This document shows positions 32,901 through 46,216 of a stretch of 64,000 nt of DNA, piece by piece. The notes under the pieces were generated by a model. That model was not told the DNA's origin. It saw nothing but the letters and a program-made list of their open reading frames with translations, and ran no database searches. The position numbers were made by a program, and so were the translations under genes. This DNA is from Eutreptiella sp. 'Long Island Sound 2002'. Lineage: Eukaryota; Protista; Euglenida. Positions within the stretch are counted from its first letter, which is position 1; each line of letters opens with the position of its first letter. The stretch covers positions 141,112,001 through 141,176,000 of the forward strand of contig OZ038378.1 of the NCBI GenBank assembly GCA_964036045.1, given 5' to 3'.

Positions 32901-35900
32901 TCCACATTGCTACTCGGGAGTATAGGATGGTAAGAAATCCATATGGCTGCACAACCCATGCCTTCTTGCGCTCTCCATCGGGGGAGATGAATAGGGCCAC
33001 ATAACCCATGTCTTTTAACGGTCCCCATATTGGGGAGAATCCATCATTACCTTACCATCTCGAGGTTGCCATAGTGGGGAGCCATCAATATTTGCTTAAA
33101 AAAACAGTGCCTTCTTGGGTTACCGATTCTGGGGCGATGGCAATTGGGCACCATAACTGCTGCATTCTTGGGGGTATATTGATGCGAAGAAGACACTATG
33201 GGCACATAACCTCTGCCTTGTTGGGCCCCATGGTGGGTAGAAATCAATATGGCTGCATATAGTATGCATTCTCGAGGTTCCCATAGTGGGGAGGCAGCAA
33301 AATGGCTACAGAACCCTCTGCATTCTCGTTGGTGTATAATGGGAAGAAATCAATAGCGCTACATAGCCCGTACCTTAGCGCGACCCTCATAGTGATAGGA
33401 AATCTACATGCGACATGCAGCCTTCTTTCTCCGGGTTATCGGAAGAAAAGATAATAATATGGCCACACAACCATTATGAGGAGACATCCATATGGCTACA
33501 TTCCGCCTGCCATCTCGAGATCCCCATTGTGGGGACAAAACAATTTGGTTGCAATCCAGTTGCCTTCTCCAGGGTATAGGATGGGAAGAATTCCAGATGT
33601 CTGAAAACCCCCGCAAAATTAATATCACTAGGTAACCCCGTCCTTCTCAGGGTCCCATTGTGGGCAGTTGGCAAAAGGGCTCCACAACCCTCGCCTCCTT
33701 GGGGATGTTACATGAGAACAAACATGGCTCCACAAGCCCTACCTTCTCGGTGTCGTGGGACCACGGCAACATGGCTACCTGAGCACAAGCTTCTCGGAGG
33801 TATTAGATGGGTAAAAGTCCATATGGCTACATAACCGTTGCCTTCTCGGGGTCCCCATGGTTAGGAGGCGGCAACGTGGCTACATAAGCCCTACCTTCTC
33901 AGGAATAGAGGATGGGAGAATCCACATGGCTACAGAAACCCTTGCCCTTAAGGAGTCGCCAATAGTGGTGAGACATTCATATGGCTAAATAATCTTGCCT
34001 TCTTGGAGTTCCCATGCTGGGGAGGCTGCAATATGGTTAACTAACCGCTGAGTTCTCGCATGCATTCGGTGGGGAAAATCAATATGGCTGCAAAACCCCT
34101 GCCATGGTGAGGTGCCCATAGTGCCTTGTTGGGCTGCAAGTTATGAGGAGGTAGTAATAAGGGTATAAAACCTTTGGCTTCTCGGGGGTATTAGACACGA
34201 AGAAATCAGTATGGCTACATAACCCCTGCCCCTTCGGGGTCCCAATAATGGGGATGTGGCAATACTGCTACATAGCCCCTGCCTTCTCCGGGTCCCCATT
34301 GTGCCTTCTTAGGGTCCCCATAGTGTGGAAAAGTTGATATGGCAACATATACCCTGCCTTTTGGGGTAGGATGGGATAAACAATATGGGCACAGAACGCC
34401 ACCAGTGTTGGATCTCATGGCGGGGAGACATAAAAATACATCACCGCTGCCTTCTTTTTGGGAGACAAGCATTTGGCTACATAAGCCGTCCTTTGTGAGA
34501 GATATAGGATGCAAATAAATGAATATGCCTACCTAGCCGTTGCATTCTCAGGGTCCGCGTACTAGAGAGAAATCCATATGGCTACATAAGTCCTGCCTTC
34601 TAGGGGGTATAGAATGGAAAGAAAGCAATATGGCCACACAACCCCTATCTTGTTGGGTCCCATGGTGGGGAGACATAGACATGGCTACATAATCCCTGCC
34701 TTCTCGGGGTCGGCATCGTGAGGAGATGGCAAGATGGGTACCTCCGTGTGTTCTCGGGGATGCAAAAAAAGAGGAAAACAAGATGGCTACACAACCCCTG
34801 CCTTGTCGTGGTCCCCATTGTGCGGAGAAAAGAATATGGCTACATAACCCCTCCCTTTTGGGGGGTATAGGACGGAAAGGAATCAATATGGCTGCATAAC
34901 CCCTGCCTTGTTCGGGTCCCCACATCGGCGAGGCGGTAATATGGCTATGTAAGCCCTGGCTTCCCACGGGTATAGGGTGGGAAGAAATCCATGTGGCTAC
35001 ACAACCCCTGCTTCTTGGGATCCCCAATCTGGGATGAAATCAATATGGCTACATAACCCCTGCCTTCTCGGGGTCCCCATCTTGGGGAGGCGGCAATATG
35101 GCTACAAAAACCGTCCCTTCTCCGGGGTATAGGGTGTGAAGAAATCAATATGGCTACAGAACCCTTGAATTCTATGGGTCTTCAGCGAGCGGACATGGCA
35201 TTGTAATCACTTAACCCTTGCCATTTTGGGATACATGATGGGGTGAAATCAATATGGCTATATGAAACTTGCTTCCTTGTGGGGGGAGAAATCCATGTGG
35301 CTACACCACTGCCTGCCATCGTGGGCAAACGGCAACACGGCGACATCCCCTTAAGCTTTCTAGGGGGTACCATCGTGTGCACAAATCAATTTGGCCACAC
35401 ATCCCCTGCCATTTAAGAATCCCCAAGCTGGAAAGATGTTCATTCATAAGTCGTGCGATTTGGGTACTCGGAAGTAGAAGATGGGAAGAAAACAATGCGG
35501 GCACATAAATTCTGCCTTGTTGGGTCCCATTGTAGGGAGACATGGATCTGGCTACATAACCCTTGCCGTCCCGGGGTCCCCACCGTAGGGTGACGGCAAT
35601 TTGGCTACATAAGCCGCGCCTTCCTGTGGGTATTGGGTGAAAAGACATCAATGTGGCTACATGACCCCCGCCTTCTTGGGTTCCCCATCGTGGGGACAAA
35701 TCAATATTGCTCCATAAACCCTGCCTTCTCGGGGTCCCACAACCCATGCCTTCTTGCGCTCTCCATCGGGGGAGATGAATAGGGCCACATAACCCATGTC
35801 TTTTAACGGTCCCCATACTGGGGAGAATCCATCATTACCTCACCATCTCGGGGCTCCGATGGTGGGGAGCCATCAATATTTGCCTAAAAAAGTAGTGCCT

Positions 35901-38900
35901 TCTTGGGTACCCAATCATGGGGAGATTGCAATAGGGCACCATAACTGCTGCATTCTTGGGGCTATATTGATGTGAGGAAGACACTATGGGCACACAACCT
36001 CTGCCTTGTTGGGTCCCATGGTGGGGAGAAATCAATATGGCTACATATCATCTGCATTCTCGGGGTTACCATGGTGGGGAGGCAGCAAAATGGCTACACA
36101 ACCCTCTGCATTCTCGGTGGTATATAATGGAAAGCAATCAATAGCGCTACATAGCCCCTACCTTCTCGCGATCCTCATAGTGATAGGAAATCCATATGGC
36201 GACATGCGGCCTTCTTTCTTGGAGTTATCGGAAGAAAAGATAACAATATGGCCACACAACCCTTGCTTTGTTTGGTCCATTATGTGGAGACATCCATATG
36301 GCTACATTCCGCGTGCCATCTCGGGATCCCCATTGTGGGGACACAACAATTTGGCTACAAATTTGTTGCCTTCTCCAGGGTATAGGATGGGAAGAAATCT
36401 AGATGTCCGAAAACCCCGAAAAATCAATATCACTAGGTAACCCCGGGCTTCTCGGGTCCCATTGTGGGGAGTCGGCAATATGGGTCCACAACCCTCCGTT
36501 CCTTGGGGATGTTACATGAAAAGAAATATGGCTACCTAAGCACAAGCTTCTCGGAGGTATTAGATGGGTAAAAGACCATATGGCTACATAACTGTTGCCT
36601 TCTCGGAGTCCCCATGGTGGGGAGGCGGCAATATGGCTACATAAGCCGTACCTTCTCGGGGGTATGGGATGGGAATAAATCCAGATGCCTGAACAACCCC
36701 GCGAAATCAACATCACTACGTAACCCCGGCCTTCTCGGTGCCCCATTGTGGGGAGTCGGCAATATGGCTCCACAACCCTCGGCACCTCAGCGATTTTGCA
36801 TGACAAGAAACATGGCTCCATAAGCCATGCCTTCTCAGTGTCGTGGGAACACAGCAACATGGCTACCTAAGCCCTAGCTTGCCCTTTTGGGGGTACTAGG
36901 TGGGGGGAAATCAATATGCGCACACAACATCTGCTTTCTTGCGGTACCCAGTGTGGAGACAAAGCTACATAGCTACATAGGAGCTGCCTTCTCGGATGTA
37001 TGGGATAGCAAGTAATCAACATGCCTAAGCCTGCCATGCCTTCCCAGGGTCCCGATGGTGGGCCAACGGCAATATGGCTACACCAACTATGCCGCCAACA
37101 TGTGGAAAATTATGGCCACATAACATGCATTTTGGAGGTCCCCATAACAGGGAGGAGTTCATTGGGCATTGTACAATTTGCCATCTCGGGGTCCAGGCAG
37201 CAATACGGCTACACCCGCTTTGCCTGCTCGGGGGGGGCGTCATGGGGGAAACTGAGTATGGCCACTTACCGCCTGCATCTTCGGAGTCCCCATAATGGGG
37301 AGAAAGTTGTTCAGCTACATAAGCCCTGCCCTCTCGGAGGGTATATGATGGAAAGAAACCATGTGGCTAAATAATCCTTATCTTCTTGAGGCCCCCGTTG
37401 TGGGGAGACAGAAATTTTGCTACATAAGCCCTGCCTTCTCGGCGGTATAGGATGGGAAGAATCCATATGGGTATACAACCCATGCCTTCTAGGCATACTC
37501 GTCGGGGGGAGACACCAATGCCTAGCTAAACCCTACCTCTCCGGGGTCGCCGTCGTTGGGAGCTGGCAATGTGGCTAAAGCCGCCATGCGGAGAACTCAA
37601 TAGGGCAACAAAGACCCTAACTTTTGGGTATTTCAACAATGGCGAGAACTTTATGCGAGTAATAGACCATGCCACCTCGGGGTTCCCATAGTGGGGAGAC
37701 ATCCATATGGCTTAATAAACACTACCTTCTCGGCGTCCCAACAGTGGGAAGACATCCATATGGCTACACCACCCTCTGCCTTCTCGGGGTTATAGGATGG
37801 GGAGGAATCAATATGGCTACATGACAACCTAAGCCCTAGCTTGGAGGTATTAGTTGGGTAAAAGTCCATATGGCTACATAACCCTTACCTTCTCGGGGTC
37901 GCCATGGTGCAGAGGCGGCAATATGGCTACAAAAGCCCTACCTTCTCGGGGGTATAGGATGGGAAGAACTGCGTGAAAATACCTGCGGAATCAACATCAC
38001 CAGGTAACCCTGGTTCTCTCGGGGCCCCATTGTGGGGAGTTGGCAATATGGCTGCATAACCCTCGGCTCCTTGGGGATGTTTCATGAGAAGAAACATGAC
38101 TGCATAAGCCCTGCCTTCTCGGTGTCGTGGGAACACGGCAACATGGCTACCTAAGCACAAGCTTTTCGGAGGTATTAGATGGGTAAAAGACCATATGGCT
38201 ACATAATCGTTGCCTTCCCGGGGTCCCCATGATTGGGAGGCGCCAATATGGCTACATAAGCCCTACCTTCTCATGGGTATAGGATGGGAAGGAATCTAGA
38301 TGCCTCAAAAACCCTGCGGAATGAACATCACTAGGTCACTAGGTACCCTGGCCTTCTCGGCGCCCCATTGTGGGGACTCGGCAAAATGGCTCCACAACCC
38401 TCGGCTCCTTGGAGATGTTTCATCAGAAGAAACATGGCTCCATAAGCCCTGCCTTCTCGGTGTCGTGGGAACACGGCAACATGGCTACCTAAGCCCTAGC
38501 TTTTCGGAGGTATTAGATGGGTAAAAGACCATATGGCTACATAACCGTTGCCTTCTCGGGGTCCCCATGATTGGGAGGTGCCAATATGGCTACATAAGCC
38601 CTACCTTCTCGGGGGTATAGGATGGGAAGAAAACTAGATGCCTCAATAACCCTGCGGAATCAACATCACTAGGTCACTAGGTAACCCTGGCCTTCTCGGC
38701 GCCCCATCGTGGGGACTCGACAAAATGGCGCCACAACCCTCGGCTCCTTGGAGATGTTTCATCAGAAGAAACATGGCTCCATAAGCCCTGCCTTCTCGGT
38801 GTCGTGGGAACACGGCAACATGGCTACCTAAGCCCTAGCTTCTCGGAGGTATTAGATGGGTAAAAGACCATATGGCTACATAACCGTTGCCTTCTCGGGG

Positions 38901-41900
38901 TCCCCATGGTTAGGAGGCGCCAATATGGCTACATAAGCCCTACAATCTCGGGGGTATAGGATGGGAAGGAATCTAGATGCCTCAATAACCCTGCGGAATC
39001 AACATCACTAGGTCACTAGGTAACCCTGGCCTTCTCGGCGCCCCATTGTGGGGACTCGGCGAAATGGCGCCACAACCCTCGGCTCCTTGGGGATGTTTCA
39101 TGAGAAGAAACATGGCTCCATAAGCCCTGCCTTCTCGGTGTCGTGGGAACACGGCAACATGGCTACCTAAGCCCTAGCTTCTCGGAGGTATTAGATGGGT
39201 AAAAGTCCATATGGCTACACAACCGTTGCCTTCTCGGGGTCCCCATGATTGGGAGGTGCCAATATGGCTACATAAGCCCTACAATCTCTTCGCTATAGGA
39301 TGGGAAGGAATCTAGATGCCTCAATAACCCTGCGGAATCAACATCACTAGGTCACTAGGTAACCGTGGCCTTCTCGGCGCCCCATTGTGGGGCGTCGGCA
39401 AAATGGCTCCACAACCCTCGGCTCCTCAAGGTTGTTACATGAGAAGAATACTGGCTCCATAAGCCATGCCTTCTCGGTGTCGTGGGAACACGGCAACATG
39501 GCTACCTAAGCCCTAGCTTGTCGGAGGTATTAGATGGGGTAAAAGTCCATATTGCTACATAACCGTTGCCTTCTCGGGGTCCCCATGGTGGGGAGGCGGC
39601 AATATGCCTACATAAGCCCTACCTTCTAGGGGGTATGGGATGGGAAGAAATCCATATGCCTGAATAACCCCGCAAAATCGATGTCACTAGGTGACTCCGG
39701 CCTTCTCGGTGTCCCATTGTGGGGAGGCGGCAATATGGCTCCACAGCCATCGGCACATCAGGGATGCTGCATGAGAAAAAATATGGTGAGACATTCATAT
39801 GGTTAAACTAACGATCTTGGGAAGGATGTAATATGGCCAAATAACCGCTGAGTTCTCGCGTGCATTAGGTCGGGAAAATCATTATGGCCAGAACACCCCC
39901 GCCTTGGTGAGGTGCCCATAGTGCCTTGTTGGGGTGCACGTTATGAGGAGGTAGTAATAAGGGTAACAAAGCTTTGGCTTCTCGGGGGTAGGAGACAGGA
40001 AGAAATCAGTATGGCTACATAACCCCTACTCCTTCGTGGTCCCAATAATGGGGATGTGGCAATACTGCTACATAGCCCCTGCCTTCTCCGGGTCCCCATT
40101 GTGCATTCTTGGGGTCCCCATAGTGTGGAAAAGTTGATATGGCAACATATACCCTACCTTCTGGGGTGCAGAGGATGGGAAGAAAATAATATGGGCATAG
40201 AATGATGGCACCATAGCCGCTGCCTTGTTCGGGTCCCCATCTCGGCGAGGCGGTAATATGGCTACGTACGCCCCCGCTTCCCAGGGTGGAAAGAAATCCA
40301 TGTGGCTACACAACCCCTGCTTCTTGGGATCCCGAATGGGGAGGATGAAAGCAATACTGCTACATAACCCCTGCCTTCTCGGGGTCCCCATCTTGGGGAA
40401 GCGGCAAAATGGCTACAAAAGCCCTCCCTTCTCGAGGGTATAGGGTGTGAAGAAATCAATATGGGTACGCAACCCTTGCCTTCTATGGGTCTTCAGCGTG
40501 GGGACATGGTAATGCAATTAAATAAACGCTGCCATTTTGGGATACATGATGGGGTGAAATCAATACGGTTACATGACACTTGCTTCCTTGTGGGGGGAGA
40601 AATCCTTGTGGCTACACCACTGCCTTCTAGGGGTAACCATCGCGGGGAGATAATACGGCGACACCCCCTTTGGCCTATCTAGGTGGTACCATCGTGTGCA
40701 GCAATCAATATGGCCACACAACCCATGCCATTTCCGCATAGTTAAGGAATGTTTATTCATAAGCCCTGCCATCTAGGTTTCGCCAAGGTGGGGACACGTC
40801 CATACGGCTTAAAAAAATGGAATCTCGGCAGCAGAAGACGGGAAGAAAGCAATATGGCTGCATAACCCTTGCCTTCTTGGGGTCCCCATAGTGGGGAGGA
40901 AACAATATTGTTACATAAGCCGTGCCTTCTCATGGATCCAAGTGTGGGGAGACGGCAATTTGGCGACATAAGCCCTGCCTTCTCACGGCAATAAAATGGG
41001 AAGAAATCAATACTCACACTTTGCCCCTACGTTCTCGTGGTCCCGATAGTGGGATGACAGAGATATGGCTACATGAGCACTGCCTTATCGGGGGCAGCGG
41101 ATGAGAAAAACTGTGTATGGCTATAGCGGGACGTGCCCCAACAACGAGGGGTCAACCCGCGGCGAACCACAGGGGGGCGACTCCATGGGACCATCCATGG
41201 GCGCCACTCCTCATGCGGCTGTCCTCAAGGTTGTCATCCCGTCTTAGCAAAGACTCCGGGGCGTGAAACCGTGGCGGGTCGAGGCTTGGTACCGGGACGG
41301 GCGTTGGGACTCCTGCCCGCTTCTCCAACTTCCTTATCCTGTCCTTGGCTGTCTTCTCGGCGTCCGCGTACTAGAGAGAAATCCATGTGGCTACATAAGT
41401 CCTGCCTTCTACGGGGTATAGGATAAGAAGAAAGCAATATGGCCACATAAGCCCTACCTTGTTGGGCCCCATGGAGGGGAGACACACATAAGGCTACAAA
41501 ACCCTTGGCTTCGCGGCGTACCCATTGTGGGGCGATGGCAATATGGCTACATAAGCTAAGCATTTTTGGGGGGAGGGGAGGGGAAGAAAAGATGGCTAAA
41601 AAACCCCTACCTTGTCGTGGTCCCCATAATGGGGAGAAAGCAATGTGGCTACATCACCTGTACCGTCTCATGGGTATAGGAGAGGAAGAAATGAATACGG
41701 CGACATAACCCATGTCTTGTCACAGTCCCCATGGTGGCGAGGCGGTGATATGGCTACGTACGCCCTGGCTTCTAGGGAGTAGAGGGTGGGAAGGAATCCA
41801 TGTGGCTACACAACCCCTGCTTCTTAGGCTCCCCATCGTCAAGAGAAATCCTTGTTGCTACATAACCCCTGCCTTCTCGAGGTTCCCATCTTGGGGAGTC

Positions 41901-42620
41901 GGCAATATGCCTACAAAAGCCCTCCCTCCTTGAGGGTAGAGCGTGTGAAGAAATCAATATGGGCACACAACCCTTGCCTTCTATGGGTCTTTAGCGTGGG
42001 GACATGGCAATGTAATTACATAACCCGTACCATTTTGGGATACATGAACTCAATACGGTTACATGACGCTTGCCTCCTTGTGGGGGGACAAGCCCATGTG
42101 GCTACACCGCTGCCTTCCCGGGGTAACCATTGTGGGGAGATGGCAATATGGCGACATCCCCTTTGGCCTTCTAGGGGGTACCATCGTGTGCACAAATCAA
42201 TATGGCCAGACAACTGATGCCAGTTAAGAATCCGCATAGTGGAAAGATGTTCATTCATAAGTCCTGCCATCTGGGGTCCCCCAATGTGGGGAGACATCCA
42301 TATGGCTCAAAAACCCCGGATTCTCGGCAGTATAAGATGCGAACAAAACAATATGGCTGCATAACCCTTGCCTTCTTGGGGTCCCCATAGTGGGGAGGAA
42401 ACAATGTCGTTACATAAGCCGTGCTTTCTCTGGGGTCCCAGTGTGGGGAGACGGCAATTGGGCAACATAAGCCCTACCTTCTCTGGGCAATAAAATGGGA
42501 AGAAAACAATATTCACACATTGCCCCTACCTTCTCGTGCTCCCCATAGTGAGGTGACAAAGATATGGCGACATGAGCTCTGCCATACTGGGGGTACTGAA
42601 TGAGAGAAACTGAATATGGC
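23985..42620 (+). repeat. Complex satellite, ~53 bp monomer, right block with higher-order repeats
   Basis: Same monomers as the left block. Equivalent ORFs recur at an exact 2912 bp offset (25946/28858, 26847/29759, 27233/30145), and a 339 bp period is seen at ~38050-39750. Confidence 0.97.
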
Positions 42621-42624
42621 TATC

Positions 42625-45076
42625 CGTGTTGTGCTCTGTTGTGTCGTATTCCACTGTACCGTATTGTATTGTATTGTATTGTGTTGTGTTGTGTCGTCTT
42701 GTGTTGTGTTGTGTTGCATTGTGTCGTCTTGTGTTGTGCTGTGTTGTGTTGTGTTGTGTTGTGTTGTGTTGTGTTGTGTTGTGTTGTGTTGTGTTGTGTT
42801 GTGTTGTGTTGTGTTGTGTTGTGTTGTGTTGTGTTGTGTTGTGTTGTGTTGTGTTGTGTTGTGTTGTGTTGTGTTGTGTTGTGTTGTTTTGTGTTGTGTT
42901 GTGTTGTGTTGTGTTATGTTTTGTTGTGTTGTGTTTTGTTGTGTTGTGTTGTGTTGTGTTGTGTTGTGTTGTGTTGTGTTGTGTTGTGTTGTGTTGTGTT
43001 AAAGTATGCTGTGCTATTCTGTGTTATGTTGTGTTGTGTTGTGTTGTGTTGTGTTGTGTTGTGTTGTGTGGTGTTGTGTTGTGTTGTGTTGTGTTGTGTT
43101 GTATTGTGTGGTGTTGTGTTGTGTTGTGTTGTGTTGTGTTGCGTTGTGTTGCGTTGCGTTGTGTTGTGTTGTGTTGTGTTGTGTTGTGTTGTGTTGCATT
43201 GCGTTGCGTTGTGTTGTGTTGTGTTGTGTTGTGTTGTGTTGTGTTGTGTTGTGTTGTGTTGTGTTGTGTTGTGTTGTGTTGTGTTGTGTTGTGTTGTGTT
43301 GTGTTGTGTTGTGTTGTGCTGTGCTGTGTTGTGTTGCGTTGCGTTGTGTTGTGCTGTGTTGTGTTGTGTTGTGTTGTGTTGTGTTGTGTTGTGTGGTGTT
43401 GTGTTGTGTTGTGTTGTGTTGTATTGTGTGGTGTTGTGTTGTGTTGTGTTGTGTTGTGTTGCGTTGCGTTGCGTTGCGTTGCGTTGCGTTGTGTTGTGTT
43501 GTGTTGTGTTGTGTTGTGTTGCATTGCGTTGCGTTGCGTTGCGTTGTGTTGTGTTGTGTTGTGTTGTGTTGTGTTGTGTTGTGTTGTGTTGTGTTGTGTT
43601 GTGTTGTTTTGTGTTGTGTTGTGTTGTGTTGTGTTGTGTTGTGTTGCATTGCGTTGCGTTGTGTTGTGTTGTGTGGTGTGGTGTTGTGTTGTGTTGTGTT
43701 GTGTTGTGTTGTGTTGTGTTGTGTTGTGTTGTGTTGTGTTGTGTTGTGTTGCGTTGCGTTGTGTTGTGTTGTGTTGTTTTGTGTTGTGTTGTGTTGTGTT
43801 GTGTTGTGTTGTGTTGTGTTGTGTTGTGTTGTGTTGTGTTGTGTTGTGTTGTGTTGTGTTGTGTTGTGTTGTGTTGTGTTGTGTTGTGTTGTGTTGTGTT
43901 GTGTTGTGTTGTGTTGTGTTGTGTTGTGCTGTGCTGTGTTGTGTTGTGTTGTGTTGTGTTGCGTTGCGTTGCGTTGCGTTGCGTTGTGTTGTGTTGTGTT
44001 GTGTTGCGTTGTGTTGTGCTGTGTTGTGTTGTGTTGTGTTGTGTTGTGTTGTGTGGTGTTGTGTTGTGTTGTGTTGTGTTGTGTTGTATTGTGTGGTGTT
44101 GTGTTGTGTTGTGTTGTGTTGTGTTGCGTTGTGTTGCGTTGCGTTGTGTTGTGTTGTGTTGTGTTGTGTTGTGTTGTGTTGCATTGCGTTGCGTTGTGTT
44201 GTGTTGTGTTGTGTTGTGTTGTGTTGTGTTGTGTTGTGTTGTGTTGTGTTGTGTTGTGCTGTGTTGTGTTGTGTTGCATTGCGTTGCGTTGCGTTGTGTT
44301 GTGTGGTGTTGTGTTGTGTTGTGTTGTGTTGTGTTGTGTTGTGTTGTGTTGTGTTGTGTTGTGTTGTGTTGTGTTGTGTTGTGTTGTGTTGTGTTGTGTT
44401 GTGTTGTGTTGTGTTGTGTTGTTTTGTGTTGTGTTGTGTTGTGTTGTGTTGTGTTGTGTGTGTTGTTTTGTGTTGTGTTGTGTTGGTTGTGTTGTGTTGT
44501 GTTGTGTTGCATTGCGTTGCGTTGCGTTGTGTTGTGTGGTGTTGTGTTGTGTTGTGTTGTGTTGTGTTGTGTTGTGTTGTGTTGTGTTGTGTTGTGTTGT
44601 GTTGTGTTGTGTTGTGTTGTGTTGTGTTGTTTTGTGTTGTGTTGTGTTGTGTTGTGTTGTGTTGTGTTGTGTTGTGTTGTGTTGTGTTGTGTTGTGTTGT
44701 GTTGTGTTGTGTTGTGTTGTGTTGTGTTGTGTTGTGTTGTGTTGTGTTGTGTTGTGTTGTGTTGTGTTGTGTTGTGTTGTGTTGTGTTGTATTGTATTGT
44801 TTTGTATTGTGTTGTCTGGCATTGTGTTGTGTTGTGTTGTCTGGCATTGTGTTGTGTTGTGTTGTGTTGTGTTGTGTTGTGTTGTGTTGTGTTGTGTTGT
44901 GGTGTGTTGTGTTGTGTTGTGTTGTGTTGTGTTGTGTTGTGTTGTGTTGTGTTGTGTTGTGTTGTGTTGTGTTGTGTTGTGTTGTGTTGTGTTGTGTTGT
45001 GTTGTGTTGTGTTGTGTTGTGTTGTGTTGTGTTGTGTTGTGTTGTGTTGTGTTGTGTTGTGTTGTGTTGTGTTGTG
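42625..45076. repeat. (GTGTT)n pentanucleotide microsatellite, ~2.45 kb
   Basis: Direct inspection; interspersed GCGTT, GTGGT and GTATT variants. Confidence 0.99.
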
Positions 45077-45139
45077 CCGAAGGCGCCGTTGACAGAAGGT
45101 GATGGCCGGGATGTCTACCCACGGGTACAGGTAAACCGG

Positions 45140-46215
45140 AGGGCTGTGTGTATAGCGCGCGCTATGTGCTAGTGTGCTGTTGTACAGTCTACACCAGTGT
45201 ACAGTTCCACTAGGCCGGTGCTGCTCTGCCGACGCCTGTGCACGGTCACACATGGTCCATTGGGCTCACTGCCCCGTGTGTGCTGCACTGCACTATCAGT
45301 ACTATCGGTACTTTGTGTGTTGTGCTGCACTGCTTGGTGCTGTGCACTGCACTGCACTGCACTGTGTGTGCCATGCTGCACTGCACTTGTGGGCAGTGGG
45401 CAGTCGAAGCGTTGCAATGCACTGCCATACTGCCTGTGGGCAGGGGGCAGTGGAAGTCCTGCAGTTGTCCGCCGCACCGCCCGGGGGCTGCCTGGGGGCA
45501 GTGGGCAGTAGAACTGCTGCAATGCACTGCCACACTGCTGTGTGTATAGCGCGCGCACTATGTGCTAGTGTGCTGTTGTACAGTCTACACCAGTGTACAG
45601 TTCCACTGGGCCGGTGCGGCTCTGCCGACGCCTATGCACGGTCACACATGGTCCATTGGGCCCACTGCCCCGTGTGTGCTGCACTGCACTATCGTGCACT
45701 ATCAGTACTATTGCTTGGTGCTGTGCACTGCACTGCACTGCACTGTGTGTGCCATGCTGCACTGCACTTGTGGGCAGTGGGCAGTGGAGGCGTCGCAATG
45801 CACTGCCATACTGCCTGTGGGCAGGGGGCAGTGGAAGTCTTGCACTTGTCCACCGCACCGCCCGGGGGTTGCCTTCGGGCAGTGGGCAGTAGAACTGCTG
45901 CAATGGACTGCGACACTGCCTGGGGCCAGTGCGCACGGACCTCCGGTAATGCACCGCCACACTGCCTGGGGGCAGTAGGCAGTGGAACTCCTCTAATGCT
46001 CTGCCGCACTGCCCGAGGGCAGTGGGCAGGGAACTTCTGCAACGCCCCGCCACACTGTCTGTGGGCAGTGCGCAGGGACCTCCTGCAATGCACTGCCACA
46101 CTGCCTGGGGGGAGTGGGCAATAAAAATCCTGCAATGCACTGCCATATTACCTGGGGACAGTGGGCAGGGAACCCCTGGAGGGCACCTCCACACTGCCCG
46201 GGGGCAGTGGGCAGT
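45140..46215. repeat. TGCAC/GGGCAGT-rich composite repeat including a ~395 bp tandem duplication
   Basis: GTGTATAGCGCGC..TATGTGCTAGTGTGCTG occurs at ~45147 and ~45542. GGGCAGTGGGCAG..TGCAATGCACTGCCACACTGCC units recur to 46215. Confidence 0.9.
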
Positions 46216-46216
46216 G

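Noticed and set aside
11000-42600. Dozens of 60-170 aa ORFs within the satellite
   Set aside because: They recur with the repeat period in multiple frames and contain no domain motifs.
10985-42620. CRISPR-like appearance (conserved ~31 bp repeat with variable intervening sequence)
   Set aside because: The spacers are recurrent variants of two types and repeat in higher-order blocks. No cas genes are present and the context is eukaryotic.
42600-45253. Long ORFs of 600-850 aa (CVVLC and TTQHN repeats)
   Set aside because: They are translations of the (GTGTT)n microsatellite, which is stop-free in every frame.
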